A stretch of DNA of 23,335 nucleotides from Thermoanaerobaculia bacterium (GTDB lineage: Bacteria; Acidobacteriota; Thermoanaerobaculia; Multivoradales; UBA5704), in assembly GCA_044226625.1 (NCBI GenBank), contig JBGAGQ010000082.1:1-23335 (forward strand), given 5' to 3'. The notes under the pieces were generated by a model. The model was not told the origin of the DNA. It ran no database searches and saw only the letters and a program-made list of their open reading frames with translations. This document shows positions 22,209-23,335 of this stretch, in pieces; positions within the stretch are counted from its first letter, which is position 1, and each line of letters starts with the position of its first letter. The translations under genes and the position numbers were made by a program.

Positions 22209-23335
22209 ATGCTCTCGATCCGTCGCTCGATCCTCCTTTCTCTCCTCGCCACCGCGCTCGAGCTGGGCTCGCTCGCGGGCCCTCTCGCCGCGGAGCCGGG
22301 GACCGCTTCACCTCCCGTCACGCGAGCCGACGCGGAAAAGACGGAGAAAACGGCCGAAATCGAAGATCCTCCCGGCACGAAGGGGATCAAGTACCGCCTG
22401 CTCGGCCCCGCCTGGGGCGGACGGGCGACGCGCGCGGCGGGCATCCCCGGCGATCCGAACGTCTTCTTTTTCACGGCGGCTTCCGGCGGGGTCTGGAAAT
22501 CGACCGACGGCGGCAAGAGCTTTTCGCCGATCTTCGACGATCAGCCGATCTCCTCGATCGGCTCGTTCGCGATCGCACCGTCCGACCCGAACGTGATCTA
22601 CGTCGGCTCGGGCGAGGCGAACATCCGGGGCAACGTCGCCGCCGGCAACGGGATCTACAAGTCGAGCGACGGAGGCAAGAGCTGGAGCCACCTCTGGGTC
22701 CAGGAGGGGCAGATCGGCCAGATGACGGTCGACCCGCGCAACGCGGACGTCGCTTACGCCGCGGTGCTCGGCCACGCGTTCGGCCCGAATCCGCAGCGCG
22801 GCGTCTATCGGACGCGCGACGGAGGCAAGACCTGGGCGCAGGTGCTCAAGGTCGACGAATATACCGGCGCCTCCGCGGTGACGCTCGATCCGAGCAATCC
22901 CAACGTGGTCTTCGCCGGCCTCTGGCAGGCGCGCCGCCGCCCCTGGGAGCTCACGAGCGGCGGGCCGGGCAGTGGCCTCTGGCGGTCGGCCGACGGCGGC
23001 GAGACCTGGAAGCGGCTCACCGGCAGCGGTCTGCCCGACGGGATCTGGGGGAAGGTCGGCGTGGCCGTTGCCCCGTCCGACGGGCGCCGCGTCTACGCCC
23101 TGATCGAGAACGAGAAGGGGGGTCTCTTCCGCTCGGACGACGGTGGCGAGAGCTGGACCCTCGCGAGCGGCGACCGGCGCCTGCGCCAGCGTGCCTGGTA
23201 CTACACGACGCTCGCCGTCCACCCGACCAACCCGAACGAGGTCTGGTGCCCGAACGTGCCGATGCTCAAATCGATCGACGGCGGAAAGACGTTCGATTTC
23301 GTGGACGGTCTCCACCACGGAGACTGCCACGACCT
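22209..23335 (+). CDS. Partial (3'-truncated) secreted BNR/Asp-box beta-propeller protein (sortilin/VPS10-like, glycosyl hydrolase-type)
   Basis: Absent from the ORF track because it has no stop in the window. ATG 22209 after a GAGG RBS: MLSIRRSILLSLLA..., YRLLGPAWGGR, IYVGSGEANIRGN. Asp-boxes KSTDGGKSF, KSSDGGKSW, RTRDGGKTW, RSADGGETW, RSDDGGESW and KSIDGGKTF. Confidence 0.9.
   Translation, partial: MLSIRRSILLSLLATALELGSLAGPLAAEPGTASPPVTRADAEKTEKTAEIEDPPGTKGIKYRLLGPAWGGRATRAAGIPGDPNVFFFTAASGGVWKSTDGGKSFSPIFDDQPISSIGSFAIAPSDPNVIYVGSGEANIRGNVAAGNGIYKSSDGGKSWSHLWVQEGQIGQMTVDPRNADVAYAAVLGHAFGPNPQRGVYRTRDGGKTWAQVLKVDEYTGASAVTLDPSNPNVVFAGLWQARRRPWELTSGGPGSGLWRSADGGETWKRLTGSGLPDGIWGKVGVAVAPSDGRRVYALIENEKGGLFRSDDGGESWTLASGDRRLRQRAWYYTTLAVHPTNPNEVWCPNVPMLKSIDGGKTFDFVDGLHHGDCHD

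Noticed and set aside
22308-23330. 340-aa minus-strand ORF
   Set aside because: Antisense shadow of the plus-strand Asp-box protein starting at 22209.

Overview
GC-rich bacterial window; the gene families suggest Acidobacteriota (inference). From left to right it contains: the 3' end of a TolB/PD40-repeat protein; an SRPBCC gene coupled to a Cys-rich ECF sigma factor; an unexplained array of about 19 quasi-palindromic 12-bp cores at a 21/20-bp period; and a PD-(D/E)xK nuclease-STAND NTPase-TPR gene (NLR/Avs-like defence candidate) with a degenerate second copy of its own 3' end lying upstream. Next is a minus-strand Tad/Flp pilus locus of about 15 kb: cpaE-cpaF-tadB-tadC, a GT-C-like membrane protein, an exported His-rich protein with a QW-like motif, a sensor-less histidine kinase, a NarL regulator, two near-identical non-canonical Cys-rich pilins, cpaB, a secretin and a lipoprotein-TPR-sulfatase-like fusion. 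The window ends with a 182-bp MITE-like element and the 5' end of a BNR/sortilin-type beta-propeller protein. The best candidate for an undescribed system is the Tad variant with atypical pilins and three embedded putative modification enzymes. All calls come from motif reading by eye; no searches were run.
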